Assembly: GCF_009914755.1 (NCBI RefSeq)
Contig: NC_060935.1
Reading direction: 5' to 3' (one strand)
DNA: 64,000 bases
DNA from: the human T2T-CHM13v2.0 reference genome, Homo sapiens
Position 1 is the first letter of the stretch. Each line of letters starts with the position of its first letter. The notes below the pieces were generated by a model. That model searched no databases. It had not been told where the DNA came from and saw only the letters and a list, made by a program, of their open reading frames with translations. This document shows, in pieces, positions 1-19,743 of this stretch. The translations under genes were made by a program, and so were the position numbers.

Positions 1-239
1 GACCTGAAAGCTCCCACTTCAAGTTATCCCATGTTTCTGCAGAGAAACACTGTACACCTCCTTATACATATTGATTGATGTTTGCCTGTAACTTTAATGT
101 ATAAAATCAAGCCATAAACCAACTACCTTGGGCACATGTTCTCAGGACCTTCTGGGGCTGTGTTATAGGTCATGGTCATCACATTTGGCTCACAATAAAT
201 CTCTGCAAATATTTTACAGTTTGACTCTTTTCGTCAACA
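1..239 (+). mobile_element. 3' part of an ERV1-class LTR (MER4/LTR8/MER57-like), cut by window edge
   Basis: Ends ...AATAAATCTCTGCAAATATTTTACAGTTTGACTCTTTTCGTCAACA, a typical MER4-group LTR terminus with polyA signal and terminal CA. Confidence 0.65.
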
Positions 240-267
240 ATTTTTATCAACTACCTTGTCAGAATGG

Positions 268-590
<323 letters not shown>

Positions 591-1388
591 TGACAACTAT
601 CAAAACTGTAAAGGAAACATCCCTAAGATGTCTTGATCAGAAATTGCATGTTGCAGTTTCAAGCATAGAAACTGATATTAGAAAACTTTACTTGCGGAAA
701 CAACCTGAAATTCCTTCTCCTAATTTCTGAAAACACTTTATTAGAAGTATACAAATTTAATATTTAATGTCTTATCTAATACTTTGTTAATCTTATAATT
801 ATGGCATATAAAATAAAATACTTTTTTCATCATAAAGATGTCCCCAAATGTCTTCTTGTTTTCTTATCTCTGTGTGCCATAAATTGAACAGTTTTGAATA
901 TTGTTTATCCTTTTGATTGCACTGAAGTCTGGTGTTTGGAAAAATAGTTCTTTTACTTACTTCTGTATTTATGTAAAATTTTAAAATAAGCATGTATTAC
1001 TTTTGTGATTAAAACTTATCATAAATATTTAAAGTAAAATAAATAGTAAAGTAATATAGCATAATATAATTAGCAATATTTTCTTTAAAAATAAATAATA
1101 TTTCTAGCTTTCTTTTGATTAGTGAAAAATGAAAAAATGCAAATTTAAAAAAAGAAAAAGTAAATAATACTAGATCACAGGTCACAAAACAGACACTCTG
1201 GAATGCTATAGTATAGTAGGTCAAACAATACAACCTTCCTTATTGGCAATTTGACAATATGCATCAAACATCTAAACAATGTTCAAAACCTTCAACCCAA
1301 CAATCCTTTTTCCAAAATCTAGTCTAAAGGAATTAATTTTAAACAGTTAAATAATTTCACTGGAGAAAAAAATTTTTTTTAAGATTCT

Positions 1389-4977
<3,589 letters not shown>

Positions 4978-5724
4978 AGAAAAATTTTTTAAAATTTTTT
5001 TTGCAGGGAAAATGCTGTGCATATAATTAGCAGTGCTTTTTATGACTTGATAAAATTCAAAACACCTTAAACATCCAAAAATAGGGAATGAGCAAATAAA
5101 TAATTTTCCATGTTCTGATGAAAAACTATGTTTATGAAAATTTTGTGGTAACATAAACAATGTGTAAGTCACTAACTTAAATAAAATACACACTTGAATA
5201 ATCTTATGATCCAAGTTATATAAAAAGCAAGATTTATCTTCAAGAAAAAAAAACACTTGGAACTCAAATTATGTGCAGCTTTTCATGGTAGAAATTTTTT
5301 TTTCTGCTTATTTTCTTTGAGAAGCATGTATTGGAAAAAAGTATTAACTTTTATATTTGAAACAAGCTTGCGTGATTTGCTTTCTGTTTCAAGTTTACTT
5401 GGAACATCAGCCACCTCTAAGCATCTTTGGTGAAGGGGGTTATAAAACCTTTAAATCTGTCCATATTATGGGTTGCTATTTGCCTGGATTTTCTGGAAGA
5501 AAACTGTAACTCTATTTCACTTCTAGGATATTATTTTTCTTGTCAAACTTTATTCATGACTACCAGTATTACAGCTCCATAATTTCTTTTTCAGATCTAA
5601 ACAGAAAAAAATATAATTTAAAATTTTCTAACCTTAAGCTTAAATATATTGTGGAGAAAGATGCCAAATTATCCACTACATGTAAGTTTTCTTAAATTTA
5701 TTTTTTTTTTTTTGTAACAATAAC

Positions 5725-6170
5725 AGTCTGGATTGGGTTATGCTGTAACAGGAAACCTAGCAAATACTGGATTAAACAAAGACAAGGTTTATTTCTCTGA
5801 AGTAACAGTCAGTAAACAAATAGGCGGGAGAGGAATGATAAGGTCACTACGCAATGCCGTCACAGACCCAGGGGCCCTCTAGCTTTCCACTTGGCCTCTG
5901 TAGGGCCTGGCTTTTCTAGTCATGCTTTAACTCTCATTGCAAGATAGCTGCACTATCTCTAGCCTCATGGCTTGTTTCAGGTAGAAGGAAGGAGGAGGTT
6001 GAAGAGCAAAAAGTCCTTATTAACTAAGTCACATTTTTAAAGAGTTTTCATAGACACCCTACTCAAGGATGTCCACCTATATATCACTAGTCAGAACTGT
6101 GTCACAAACCACCCTTGTTCAAAAGAGAAACTGGGAAATTGGTTATTAACTGGATACATTACTGCCCTTA
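5725..6170. mobile_element. Old MaLR LTR (MLT1J/K-like)
   Basis: GGTTATGCTGTAACA...GGATTAAACAAAG..GGTTTATTTCTC motif typical of MLT1; boundaries approximate. Confidence 0.55.
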
Positions 6171-6971
6171 AGAAACTTGTTTTTTTTTTCTACTTAAAGA
6201 ACAAAAATGGGGTTTTCTCTATTAAAGAAAAAGGAGAATGGGCATAAACTAGAAAACTAGCAGCAGTAGCAGCCACGGTGACTATAACTAAAAATCACCA
6301 TGAAGAATAGTATGCAGAAATGATATGATTAGGCTATTATGTGTGAAGCATACTAACAATTTCTATTCATCAGAATAACATAAAAATTTTAAACTATGAC
6401 TAAATTTACTAGTGATTATTTCTATCTCCTCACATAACATCACAAATGTATAAATTCCCAGCACATACTTGGATTCACACACGCATATACACACACACAT
6501 ACAAATTTAGAATTAGAGTGACCTAATTTCTTATTGTAATTTCATGAACATCTTGCCAATCCAGGCTTTATTTATCACAAAGGCAATGAAAGAGGAAAGC
6601 GTCAAATATAGTAACCTTCCAGCATCTAATGACCAGTACACTGTAAATCCTTCAAGAGCAGAGACTATTTCATTAGATTTAGCTCTCTTAAGACATTTTT
6701 ATAAAGAATTTTTTTTAAGAAAAAAATTGGTTTACAGAATCAATGAACAAAATGAACTAAAGAATGGCTAAAAAGACTTTCTGTATTTAGCTTCCTTTGT
6801 TTGTTTCTTTGCTGATTTGTTCGTTTTACATAAGTCTTACTTAATTGGTTCTTTTAAAAGCTATCAGAAGGAAATTTCAGGATATCAAGAGATGGGATCC
6901 AATCAAAGGCTTTTGCTGAGGGCTGTTTGGTGCCCAAATGAAAACAGTATTATACAACATTCAGATATCAC

Positions 6972-7580
6972 TGATAGCGACAGGAGGCAGCCAAATGCCT
7001 AGGCAGATGGGGTGGGTTCCTGGTGAAACCCCACCTCTAAACAAAAGACAGTTTAAAGCCTGAAAGCCAAACTGCAAGTTAAACTCTGGGACCGGATTGA
7101 GAACTTATCTTCCCATTTCACATACTTTCCTCTGATTGTTCCCCGCTCTTCACCTATTTTACATATACCTACCCTTTCCTAATTGGTTTTTCTACACTGT
7201 CATGCCCACCTTTGAGTGGTGTCTTCACTTTAATCTTTTTGCATACCTCACAAACCAGCATGTACTTCCCATTTTGAGTCCCTAAAAGGTCCTGGACCCA
7301 GCCACCATGGTGGGGCTTTCCTGCCTTCCAGTAGGGGAACCACCCCCCATATCCCCTCTCTGCTGACAGTTGTTCTGTCCTTCAGTAAAATTCTTCTCCA
7401 CCATCCTTACCCTTCAATGCCCAGCATATCCTCATTCTTCTTGGGTGTGGTACAAAAGCTTGGGAACTGCTGAATGCAGGTACAAGCTATAACAGAGGTG
7501 AGCTGGGGCATGCCAGGTGGGCTGTTGCCGGTCAGGGGTCCCCAGCTTCCAAAGTGACTGAGAAGAAAAGTCCTGCATCA
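6972..7580 (+). mobile_element. Solo ERV1 LTR (MER50/MER61-like)
   Basis: TG...CA termini (TGATAGCGACAGG...CCTGCATCA), 4-bp near-TSD TCAC/TTAC, internal AGTAAA polyA-like signal. Confidence 0.75.
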
Positions 7581-8852
7581 TTACCCACAAGGTTCCAGCC
7601 TTCTTCTCATGAAATTTCTCTCTTTTTTTGAAATTCAAATAGATTTGCAACTTCACCTTTATTTTTGGCAGAAGGAGTAGTGAAGAAAAGAAGGGTTTTC
7701 CATCCAATGAATGATTGTTTTGTAGAAGTGTTCTAACCGCTTTATTACCCCACCTCCACCCCCAGAGCAGAAATGAAGGGTGTTGTCAACTCCTTTGATA
7801 TAGATTTAATGAGAAGAACCCTTTCTATTTATTATAGCAATATTAAAATAGGAAGCAAGAATGAAATGTTATATTTCAATGTTGCAATGTGTCTAATTAT
7901 TCATCTTTATATATAACTAGAAAGACTATTATGTGATTATTTTATGTTGGAAAGATGCACATAAATATTGATATGACCCAAGGATAATAGAAAATAGGCA
8001 CAATGAGGTAATCATATTTATGTCCCACAACAAAAAAACACAATCATACATTGTTTGGCCTGTATGAGGTGCATTTTTGCCTTATGAAAGAAATTTGACC
8101 AAGTTTCAAAAAATATAGTTTATAAGTGGAAAGGACAGCCGTACTTTAAATGACCTTCAAAAATGATCACATGATGTTCTCTACTCAAAACACTGGAGGA
8201 ATATATATTCTAAAATAACCAGAAGATATCTAGTTTTGAATTATAGCCTCTCTGGGTCCCTGAGTAGAGACATTGTGTTCCTCTCAATAAATAACTGCTC
8301 TTTCCTACTTATGTATGGAACAGATTTTCACTACAGAAGCAGAAAATCTCATCTCGTTATTGTAGGCTTCTTGGCATACAACATAGTAGAGGGATAGGAT
8401 GGGTGCTCAGGTCAGTCTGAAGTTGTTAAAATCATTTAAAAAAGTAACTCAGTAATATCTATGAAAACTTGCAAACTCACATTTGTTTTGACCCTTCAAA
8501 CCTACTTTGTGAAAGCTATTCTGTAAAAATTAAAGCACCAGAATTTATGAATATATAAAAACTGGTTGTTTTAGTATTATCTATTGTGACAAAAAAATAA
8601 CCATCAGTAGGGCTACTACTAAACAAATTGTTGAAATTGTGTTATATTCAATATTAAGGAATATTATGCACTGGTGAAAAAACTAAAAACATTAACATAT
8701 AAAGATGCTCCTGATATACAAACAAACTTGGAGAACACAATAAATTAGTCATACTCATGCCAAAAAATGCAAACTTAATAAATCTAAATTTATTAAATTT
8801 AGATTGAATACAGTCATGCAGTGACTAAATCTTACATGGCTTCTCAACACAG

Positions 8853-9797
8853 TCAGATTGTGTGTAAAACCACTCGCCTTCGCCATAATTTCATCAAAGC
8901 CCTCTTCATCTCACTATTTCGCAAACTGTAGATAAGCGGATTCAGCAGTGGTGTCAGAAGTGAGTAAGACAATGACATCACTTTCTTGGTTTCCGGTGAG
9001 TAGCCAGATTTGGGTTGTAAATAAGTCATACTGGCTGTGCCATAGAATAGGGTCACAGATGTGAGGTGAGCGGCACAGGTGGAAAAGGCCTTTTGTCTCC
9101 CAGTGGTTGATGGCATCTTCAGGATGGCAAACAGAACTCGAATGTAAGACAAGAGTATCAACAAGAAAGGAACCAAAATAATCAAAAAGGTGCCTGTGAA
9201 TGCATAGATTTCAAACAAAAACGTGTCTGCACATGCAAGTTCTAACACTGCTGGGGTTTCACAAGATATATGGTTAATTTCATTAAGGCCACAAAAGGGA
9301 AAACTAGATACCCATGATGTTTGAACAGTACCTAACATAAAACCTAAGGCCCATGAAAATATAATTAATTTCATAAAAACTCCTTTATTCATAATCATTT
9401 GGTAGTTGAGAGGATGGCAAATTGCAGCAAATCGGTCATAAGCCATTGCTCCCAGAAGAAAACATTCAGCCCCACCAAAAAGAAGGATGAAATACATCTG
9501 TGCAAAACAGCCCCCAAAAGAAATTGTAGTTTTTTCAGTAGAGAGGACCACCAGCATTTCAGGCATAATAACTGCACTGAAACTCAGGTCCACCACAGAT
9601 AAGTTCAGGAGGAACAGGTACATGGGAACGTGGAGGCTCTGGTCTAGGGAGACGATGACTATAATAATGGCATTTCCTATCAGGGTCACCAGATAAATAA
9701 CCAGGAAAGCCACAAAGAGCTGCCCCTGGAGCTCAGGATAGTTAGAAAAGCCCAAGAGGATGAATTCAACCACACAGCTTTGATTTTGTCTTTCCAT
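8853..9797 (-). CDS. OR10A6: Olfactory receptor 10A6, 314 aa, intact (A117, V140, P287)
   Basis: 7TM OR motifs GN, LHVPMY, MAYDRFAAIC, KAFSTC, PLLNPLIYSLRN; N-terminus MERQNQSCVVEF recognised. Confidence 0.97.
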   Translation of the reverse strand: MERQNQSCVVEFILLGFSNYPELQGQLFVAFLVIYLVTLIGNAIIIVIVSLDQSLHVPMYLFLLNLSVVDLSFSAVIMPEMLVVLSTEKTTISFGGCFAQMYFILLFGGAECFLLGAMAYDRFAAICHPLNYQMIMNKGVFMKLIIFSWALGFMLGTVQTSWVSSFPFCGLNEINHISCETPAVLELACADTFLFEIYAFTGTFLIILVPFLLILLSYIRVLFAILKMPSTTGRQKAFSTCAAHLTSVTLFYGTASMTYLQPKSGYSPETKKVMSLSYSLLTPLLNPLIYSLRNSEMKRALMKLWRRRVVLHTI

Positions 9798-10849
9798 TTT
9801 CAGTAATGAAGTCGTGCATTGATTTTATGGACATAGTATATACAGAATAAAGCCACAGTCCATTAGCTAAGAGTTCCAGTCTGCATTCACCCCAGAAATT
9901 CTGGCAGAAGATGAGGAGCCTATCCTGACAGAAATTTTCTTTGGCAATTTTAGACAATGACCAAATACTTGGATTATATTCCAAATATAAAAAATAGAAA
10001 TGAAGAATTCTGGCTCAGAGATCTTGTCAAATAATATCAAAATTTATTTGATATTATTTGAAAATTAAACATAGCCTTAATGGAAATATAAATACTTTAT
10101 ACCTTAGGTTCCAATCCCATAACATTGGTGCAAGTGTTCTTTATTTAACTGAATTTTACATAAATGCAAAACTTAAGACTACAAAAAATAAAATATAAAA
10201 AAGCAGATAGATTGAAAAAGATATCTCAACAAATGTGATAATAGCCTAATAATCCAATGTTACAGCATATTTGATATAAACTTATTTAAAATATTAATTA
10301 GATTCAAAGTACCTATATATGACTTGGAGAAAGAAAACAACATTCTGTAGAAACATAGAGGGGATTTGAATTTTCAACACAACCATATTAGGTGACCTAT
10401 AGACTATGTGAATTGGCTTCAAGCTTGCAGATTTCTGCCCATCCTGGATCTGGCCAATTATATTGGGATTTACCTGGATGTGAAGTTTTTGGGGCCAGAT
10501 CTCCAAGGTCTATCCTTCTGACCATGATGACTTAAGAAAAAAACCATTTGGGGGATCATTGTGTAATTTAAAAGATTTCACTCTCTCTCTCCTTTTCTCT
10601 CTTCTCTCTTCCCACTATACTCGTCATCAAAAAATTCATTTAATCATTAATTATTCAACAAGCACTGATTAACCAGCTACCATTTTCTAGGCTCTGCACC
10701 CTTAGGAATACACATGAATCCAGAGCTCAACAGAGAGCTAAGCACACTACATAAAATAGCTTCTAACCCCTTAACCAGTATGCTGCATAAACTAGTACCT
10801 CCCCGTACCGCATACCCCAGGACTTTCTCTTTCTTTCTCTCTCTCTTTC

Positions 10850-10858
<9 letters not shown>

Positions 10859-10913
<55 letters not shown>

Positions 10914-10932
10914 TGCACACATATATATACAC
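10859..10932. repeat. Compound (TA)n-(CA)n microsatellite
   Basis: About 20 perfect TA units followed by CA units. Confidence 0.95.
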
Positions 10933-11098
10933 AACTGAGTGATTCAGTTCATTGATTTTATAACATTATATGGCATAGAATATAATATATCCTCTATCCT
11001 TTTTTTAAGAAATATGTGTAAAATATATTTTAAATATTTATATAAATATAAACAGATTAATATTTTATATATATTATATATATATAAGCTCTAGTAAG

Positions 11099-11119
11099 GT
11101 ATGTGTATGTGTATGTATA

Positions 11120-11171
<52 letters not shown>
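11099..11171. repeat. (TG/TA) mixed then (TA)n microsatellite
   Basis: About 21 perfect TA units at 11128-11171. Confidence 0.95.
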
Positions 11172-11173
<2 letters not shown>

Positions 11174-12439
11174 CCCTCACTAGAGCTTAGCTCCCAGAGG
11201 GCAAAGATTTTGTTTGCTTCTTTGCTCTACACACACTGCCTACAACCCTCCCTGGCTCATAATAGGTTTTAAACCAACATTTTTGAATAAATGAATTTTA
11301 AAATAAGAAAAACCTAGACTCTATTTTTAAGGAATAGAGTGCCTAAGAGAAGTCAGCACACAACACAATTGGAAATTAATAACACGTGCTGTAGAAATTT
11401 AAGTAAGGGAATGATGACATTTGAAGGGGGTGGAGGATGAACAAACACAATCACAGGATGTCATGAATGGAAGGCCATTAGGTCGGAGGAGGATGGCAGG
11501 AGAAGGAAAACTGACTTGCTCAAGTCAGGAGGCACTTGGTGACACCATAAAACTAGAATGGAAGCCTACTGCCTTTTGTGTGATGTTTTGAAAACCAAAA
11601 GAAATTCACTGTGAGAGATGAGGAAGCCAGGAAGACAGATGGACACAGCAAGTTGAAGGCATACAGTGCTGTCTTGAGTGCAGACCTGTAGGACATTAGC
11701 AGACAGGAGAAGACAAGTTACTTTATTTCTGAATTTGTCCATAGTCATGTATTAAAATCAAATGACTGTATTTAACCACAAAAATTGTACTGTATTTTGG
11801 ATGTCAAAAAACCTCCTACAATTATTAAAACCAGACTCTGTGAGGCCAAATATTTAAAATGCATTTCTAATGGCAAAAAAAAGAACAACATGTATTCAGT
11901 TCCAACTATGTAAAAGTAGATTGGTTTTAAAAATTAGAATATTTACAGAATGTTATACAAAATAGAAAATCTTTATACCTTAGAAGATCTTCATGGTGTC
12001 TTGGATAGATCACTGACAAGTAATACTTACGCAGATCACTTCCTCCCCAAGGCTTCAGCCTGCCAATGGAAAGAGGTAAGTGTTGAACTTACTAACCAAG
12101 TTCTCTTCTAGTTGCAAACTCCAGAATATGATGATTTATGCATGCAAAGCACTTACACTTCTACTTATTGCCCGAACCTTTCTCTGAAAAGAAAAAGAAA
12201 TTGACTGGCATCAAACCAAAAAGTCTACTGATTCAATGTTTCAGCTGAGCCTAGTGACTCCTGAGCACTGAGCCATCACTTCAACAACATCTCCAACTAT
12301 CAAAGAGGACAACTATAAACAGAAGTCCCACCAAAACGCACAGGAGCAGAATATGCACTTTTTTACCTGTTGACTCTGTCTCTTTAATTTTCATACTACT
12401 TTATCAGAAGATTCACCTGTAGTCAAAAGCCACCTATTC

Positions 12440-12560
12440 ACAAACACAACTGACTGATTCAGAGCATTGATTCCATAATGTTATATGGCATAGAATTATA
12501 TGCCCTGGAGAATTCCTCCCTGAAGAACGTGAAATCACTTCAGAGAGACCTTCCTGTATT
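12440..12560 (-). promoter_or_regulatory. Putative OR10A6 promoter block with paired O/E (EBF)-like sites
   Basis: GCCCTGGAGA and TCCCTGAAGA in a non-coding block conserved with 22925-23040 upstream of OR10A3; minus-strand donor AG|GTAAAA at ~12365. Confidence 0.4.
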
Positions 12561-14337
12561 TTTGTGTGATAACTAACGAAGCTTAAACTTGGCCCCTCGG
12601 GTGAGAAAGCTCAAGAGCACAAACATGGAGCAGCACTCCTTCTTATGTCTATGGGGAATGAGCACCTCTTCCCACCAGAGACTCAATTCCACCGTGACAC
12701 CTCCCAGTACGAGGTGAGAGCAGAGGCTGAATGAACGTTGTCAATAGGGAAAGAAGGGAGGGGTGGAGTGAAGGTGTGAGCAAAGGCAGGTGACCTAGGG
12801 CTAGAGGATTCACATGGACACAATGCACAGTTTGTGCAATGGAGGGAGACATGGCAGGTAGATTAAAGGTGCTTTGTAGAAAGCCTGGATGCTCCCTCTG
12901 ACTCAAGAACTTTTTAACATGGAGTCAAAATATCCTGACTGGCTTGTATAACTTTGAGCACATCACTCAACTTTCTGGTTCTATTACTTTCTCTGTAAAA
13001 TAAAGATAATGATATTAATCTCATAGGATGTGTATAGGAATGAGGACTCAGGGTTTAGTCTAAACTGGCTTGAGCAATAAAGGAAGCCATAGGCTCTGTC
13101 CCAGGAGACAGAGATGAATGAATCTGCAGGCTTGGCTTTATCCAGAAGGCAGATGATGTGCTCATGCCGAGGATCCACTTCTCTTCTTCTCATCTATGGT
13201 TTTGTGGGGTAGGTTCTATTCTCAAGAAAGCCCTCTTGTCCTTGCAGCAGTAAGGCTGCCAACAACACATAGGGATATTCTCCCTAATCCGTCTCCAGTG
13301 GGAAATGTCCCAGTGATGCTGAGGAAAGCGGGTTCTCAAAGAAGCAGTCCAGGGACGCCTCCCATATTAGTCCCCATGGTGGAATTACATGCCCATTCAT
13401 GAACTAGTCCGGTGCCCCAAAGATGGGAAAAGCTGTCTAATAGGTACTTTTCATAATTCCTACCCCGTGACATCCCATGCAGGCTTCTGTTGTACTAATA
13501 TGCTCTATAACCTGATGTCAGTGACTGTATCACAGGTGATGTACAAATTGTGAGAAGTCATCAAGATGTAGAGTCATGAATTGTACACTTTACATACATT
13601 AGATTTCAACAAAGTGTATAAAAAACATTTCAGACACATATTTAAAAGGGTAAGTGGGGAATAATAGTAATGTTAATCTCCAATTTAAAGCCAATATGTC
13701 ATGGATATAACAATAATCAAAATGTGGAGATTTTTAACACACTTTCTCAAAGTTTGAGAGAGCAAACAGACAACAAAAAATACAAAATGGAAAGATTTGA
13801 ATAATAAAATGTTGATTTAACAGGTGGTAATGAGAATAAATAAGATATAGAACACTTTCATCTCATTAACTCTATATTTTTATCCCAAAATATCTATATA
13901 ATATTTACAAAAATTGAATATGTGTTTTGTCAAAAAGAAAATCTCAATAAATTCCAAAATCTTGGCAATCATATATATACAGCATTCCTTGTAATAAAAC
14001 TGCAAAAAAAGCCCAAAATAGAAAAGAAAAACTAGTCTTAGAAACAAACTAACAACATACCTTAAAAAACTAGATGTAAAAACTCTTATGCTCATTTTAT
14101 AAAAATTATATTTATTTATATAAGTGTTTTATGTACATAGGAAGAATCACAAAAAAATAGACATGAAATAATTTACATTGGCTACTTTTAGGAATGATGG
14201 AATTGGGGGATGAGAATAGAGGTATTTTTGAGAGACACTTTTGTATTTTTATTTTATAAATCTACTGCTTGAATTTAAAAGAAATAATTTTGTAATAAAT
14301 AAAAGCAAGGTTTTTAAAAATAGAAAGTGAAGTTCAG

Positions 14338-16800
<2,463 letters not shown>

Positions 16801-17193
16801 GAAATTTGATCCCCAATGTTGAAGGTGGGGCCTAGTGGGAGATGTTTGGGTCATGGTGGTGGATCTCTTATTAATAGACTGATTTCCTGGGGTGATGAGG
16901 GGAGTGAGTGAGTTCTTAGTTTGTTAGTTCTGCTAGAGATGGTTGCAAAAAATAGCTTGACACCTTCCCTCTTTCTCTTTTTTTCACTTCCTCTCCCACT
17001 GTGTGATCTCTATACTCTGCCTCTCCTTCCCCTTCAGCCATAAGTGGAAGCAGCTTGAGGTCCTCATCAGATGTAGATGCTGGCACCATGCTTCTTGTAC
17101 AGACTGAAGAGCCATGAACTAAATAAATCTCCCTTCTTTGTAAATTACCCAGTCTCGGGTATTTCTTTGCAGCAATGCTAACAGACTAAAACA
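16801..17193 (+). mobile_element. MST (MaLR) LTR lacking its first ~40 bp
   Basis: GAAATTTGATCCCCAATGTTGAAGGTGGGGCC...AACAGACTAAAACA; aligns to the complete MST copy at 42974-43390. Confidence 0.85.
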
Positions 17194-17229
17194 TTACTAC
17201 AATTGCATTGATCTTCAGATAGATAACAA

Positions 17230-18110
17230 AAGATGAGTCAATTGACAAACCATTGAAAATTAAATGTGAGAACCAGAGTGTCAGTCACTCACAAAGAGGT
17301 CCTCATCTCTTGCAACAAGCAGGCAGAAAAAATGGAGATCATTTTCAGGGTTCAGTAGTCACAGTGGCTGAACTTCAATGATACCTGCATGCTTAATCAA
17401 GGTAGCTATGTTAAGCCAAATCTGGAGCCAGAGTTGGAAAAAATCTAAGGCTTTGACACATGGGATAAGAATTCTAGGTGGATGCCTCCAAAGATCTGGA
17501 CTTCAAAGATATCACTAAACTTTCTAACACTGCAGAAGTGACCAACCCCTCCCTATTCAGGGCAGGAAGACTATCGAAGAGGCGCACGATCAGAAACTGC
17601 CTTCACCTCTTTTCCTCAACACCAGGCCTATAAATATGGTTAAGTCACAGCACAGCTCAGCCAGGGAAATAAGGAAAGAATGGAACAATACCACAAAAGA
17701 ACTGCAAGATCTAACAGACCTTCACCAACAAGGGGAGAACCATGGTACTTGTCCTGAGGGTGCTGGACCAGGAGGCTGGTAGGCAAGGCTGGATAAGTGA
17801 AAGTTTATTGACCTGATCTGGAAAGAAAAGAAAGGGGGTTTGGCAGCAGGGAGGTCTAGGGTAGAGGCATATTGATAGGCATATGGAGTGGGCATAAAGT
17901 GTGAAGGTCTTTGTATCTTGTGTTAACACCTGGTCAGTAGGTAAAATGACTCACCCAGTTGACAAATTAGCCTACTTCTTCTGTCAGCAACCACCCCAGT
18001 GCTGGCATGATGCCCACAAGAACAAAGTGGCCTGGCAGCAGAGATAAAGGCTATGCAAAAGCCCAAGCAACGTGGAACTCATTTACCAAGACCAACCAGA
18101 TTTACGAGTT
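17230..18110 (+). mobile_element. Decayed MaLR/ERVL internal sequence
   Basis: Degenerate gag-like and RNaseH-region-like stretches (GAGTGGGCATAAAGTGTGAAGGTCTTTGTATC, approx EWA-SVKVFVS); boundaries approximate. Confidence 0.5.
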
Positions 18111-18509
18111 ATAATGTGTAACTCCTCAAAAAAATTACAAATCAGTGCATAGACCATATACAAATATACCCATACACATTTAGAATTAATGTGATATGAT
18201 TTCATATTGTAATTCCTTAAACACAAATTCAGTCAACTCTATATGAATTGAAATAATACCAGTAAACAATTCAGATATTTATGTCAAATTTCATATGTAA
18301 TAGAGACCACGTAAACAATCAGTAGGGATTTGTTTAACAATTATAAACCTAAAACCAGTTTAAATAGACACACAGATATATATATGTATTGCCTATTCCC
18401 AAATAATATACACAAATTATAATGACACCCCTTCATTTAGCAGAATATGTATATCTAATCTTAACATCACAGTATCAGTTTTATTCCAATTATTTTTAAG
18501 AACAATTGA

Positions 18510-18664
18510 GGGAGGTAACCTGGGAAGATAGGTGACCGGATATCTTGTAGCTATCTATTTAGGAACAAAAGGAAAGGCAATTTTTTTGCCTGAGCCAGTT
18601 TCCAAGCTTAACTTTTCTTTTGGCATAGTGAGTTTGGGGTTCCAAGATTTTACTTTCCTGTCAC
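18510..18664 (-). mobile_element. MER4-group LTR fragment
   Basis: TGTAGCTATCTATTTAGGAA...TTTACTTTCCTGTCACA, homologous to 50130-50243. Confidence 0.65.
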
Positions 18665-19130
18665 AGACTACAAAAGGAAACTTCATAAAAGTTTCTAAAT
18701 CAGTGGTCTGTAAATGAAAAAGATACTGATATTATCAAATGAGAATTTGAGAAACTTCCCATGTAGCTCTCTGGTCACCAACATTGGATAAATATTTGGA
18801 AAGATACCAAGAGAAATCCAGTTTGGGATTATAATTTGTGTAAGGTCATGAAGTAGAACCATTTTTGGCCCCCCAAAATAGATGCACTTTTTTTTTACTC
18901 ATCCGTGGAACAAATTTTCAATCCAAAAATAGAAACATCATCACCTTATTTGTTGGTCTCTTGAAGCTCTACCCTGTTACCAAAGCACAGTGAGCCTTCA
19001 GGCCAGTCTGAAGAACTATAATCATTTTGAAAAGTAATTCTGCAATAGCTAATAAAATTTGTAAACACAGATACTCCTCATCCTATCAGCCGCACTGTAG
19101 CAAATCTATCACACAGGTATAATGACATCA

Positions 19131-19488
<358 letters not shown>

Positions 19489-19743
19489 ATGACAGTAATC
19501 CAGTAGCTACTTGGATGTTCATAATAGAGAAATGGATGAATAAACTGTTGTGTCATGTTATGAGAACATATGCATCTACTAAAAACAAGTGACAGCAGTT
19601 CTTTATTGAGATACGTTTTCCAATAAAAAAACTCAACAAACTTACATAGTCATACAAAAAATGCAATCTGTTTTCACCCTTTATTAAATTTAAATAGAGT
19701 TCACTCAGGCAGTGGCCAAATCTTACTCAGCTTCTCAACACAA

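Noticed and set aside
9395-9696. Antisense and alternative-frame ORFs conserved between the two ORs (also 20305-20587)
   Set aside because: Shadow ORFs explained by paralogy of the OR coding sequences
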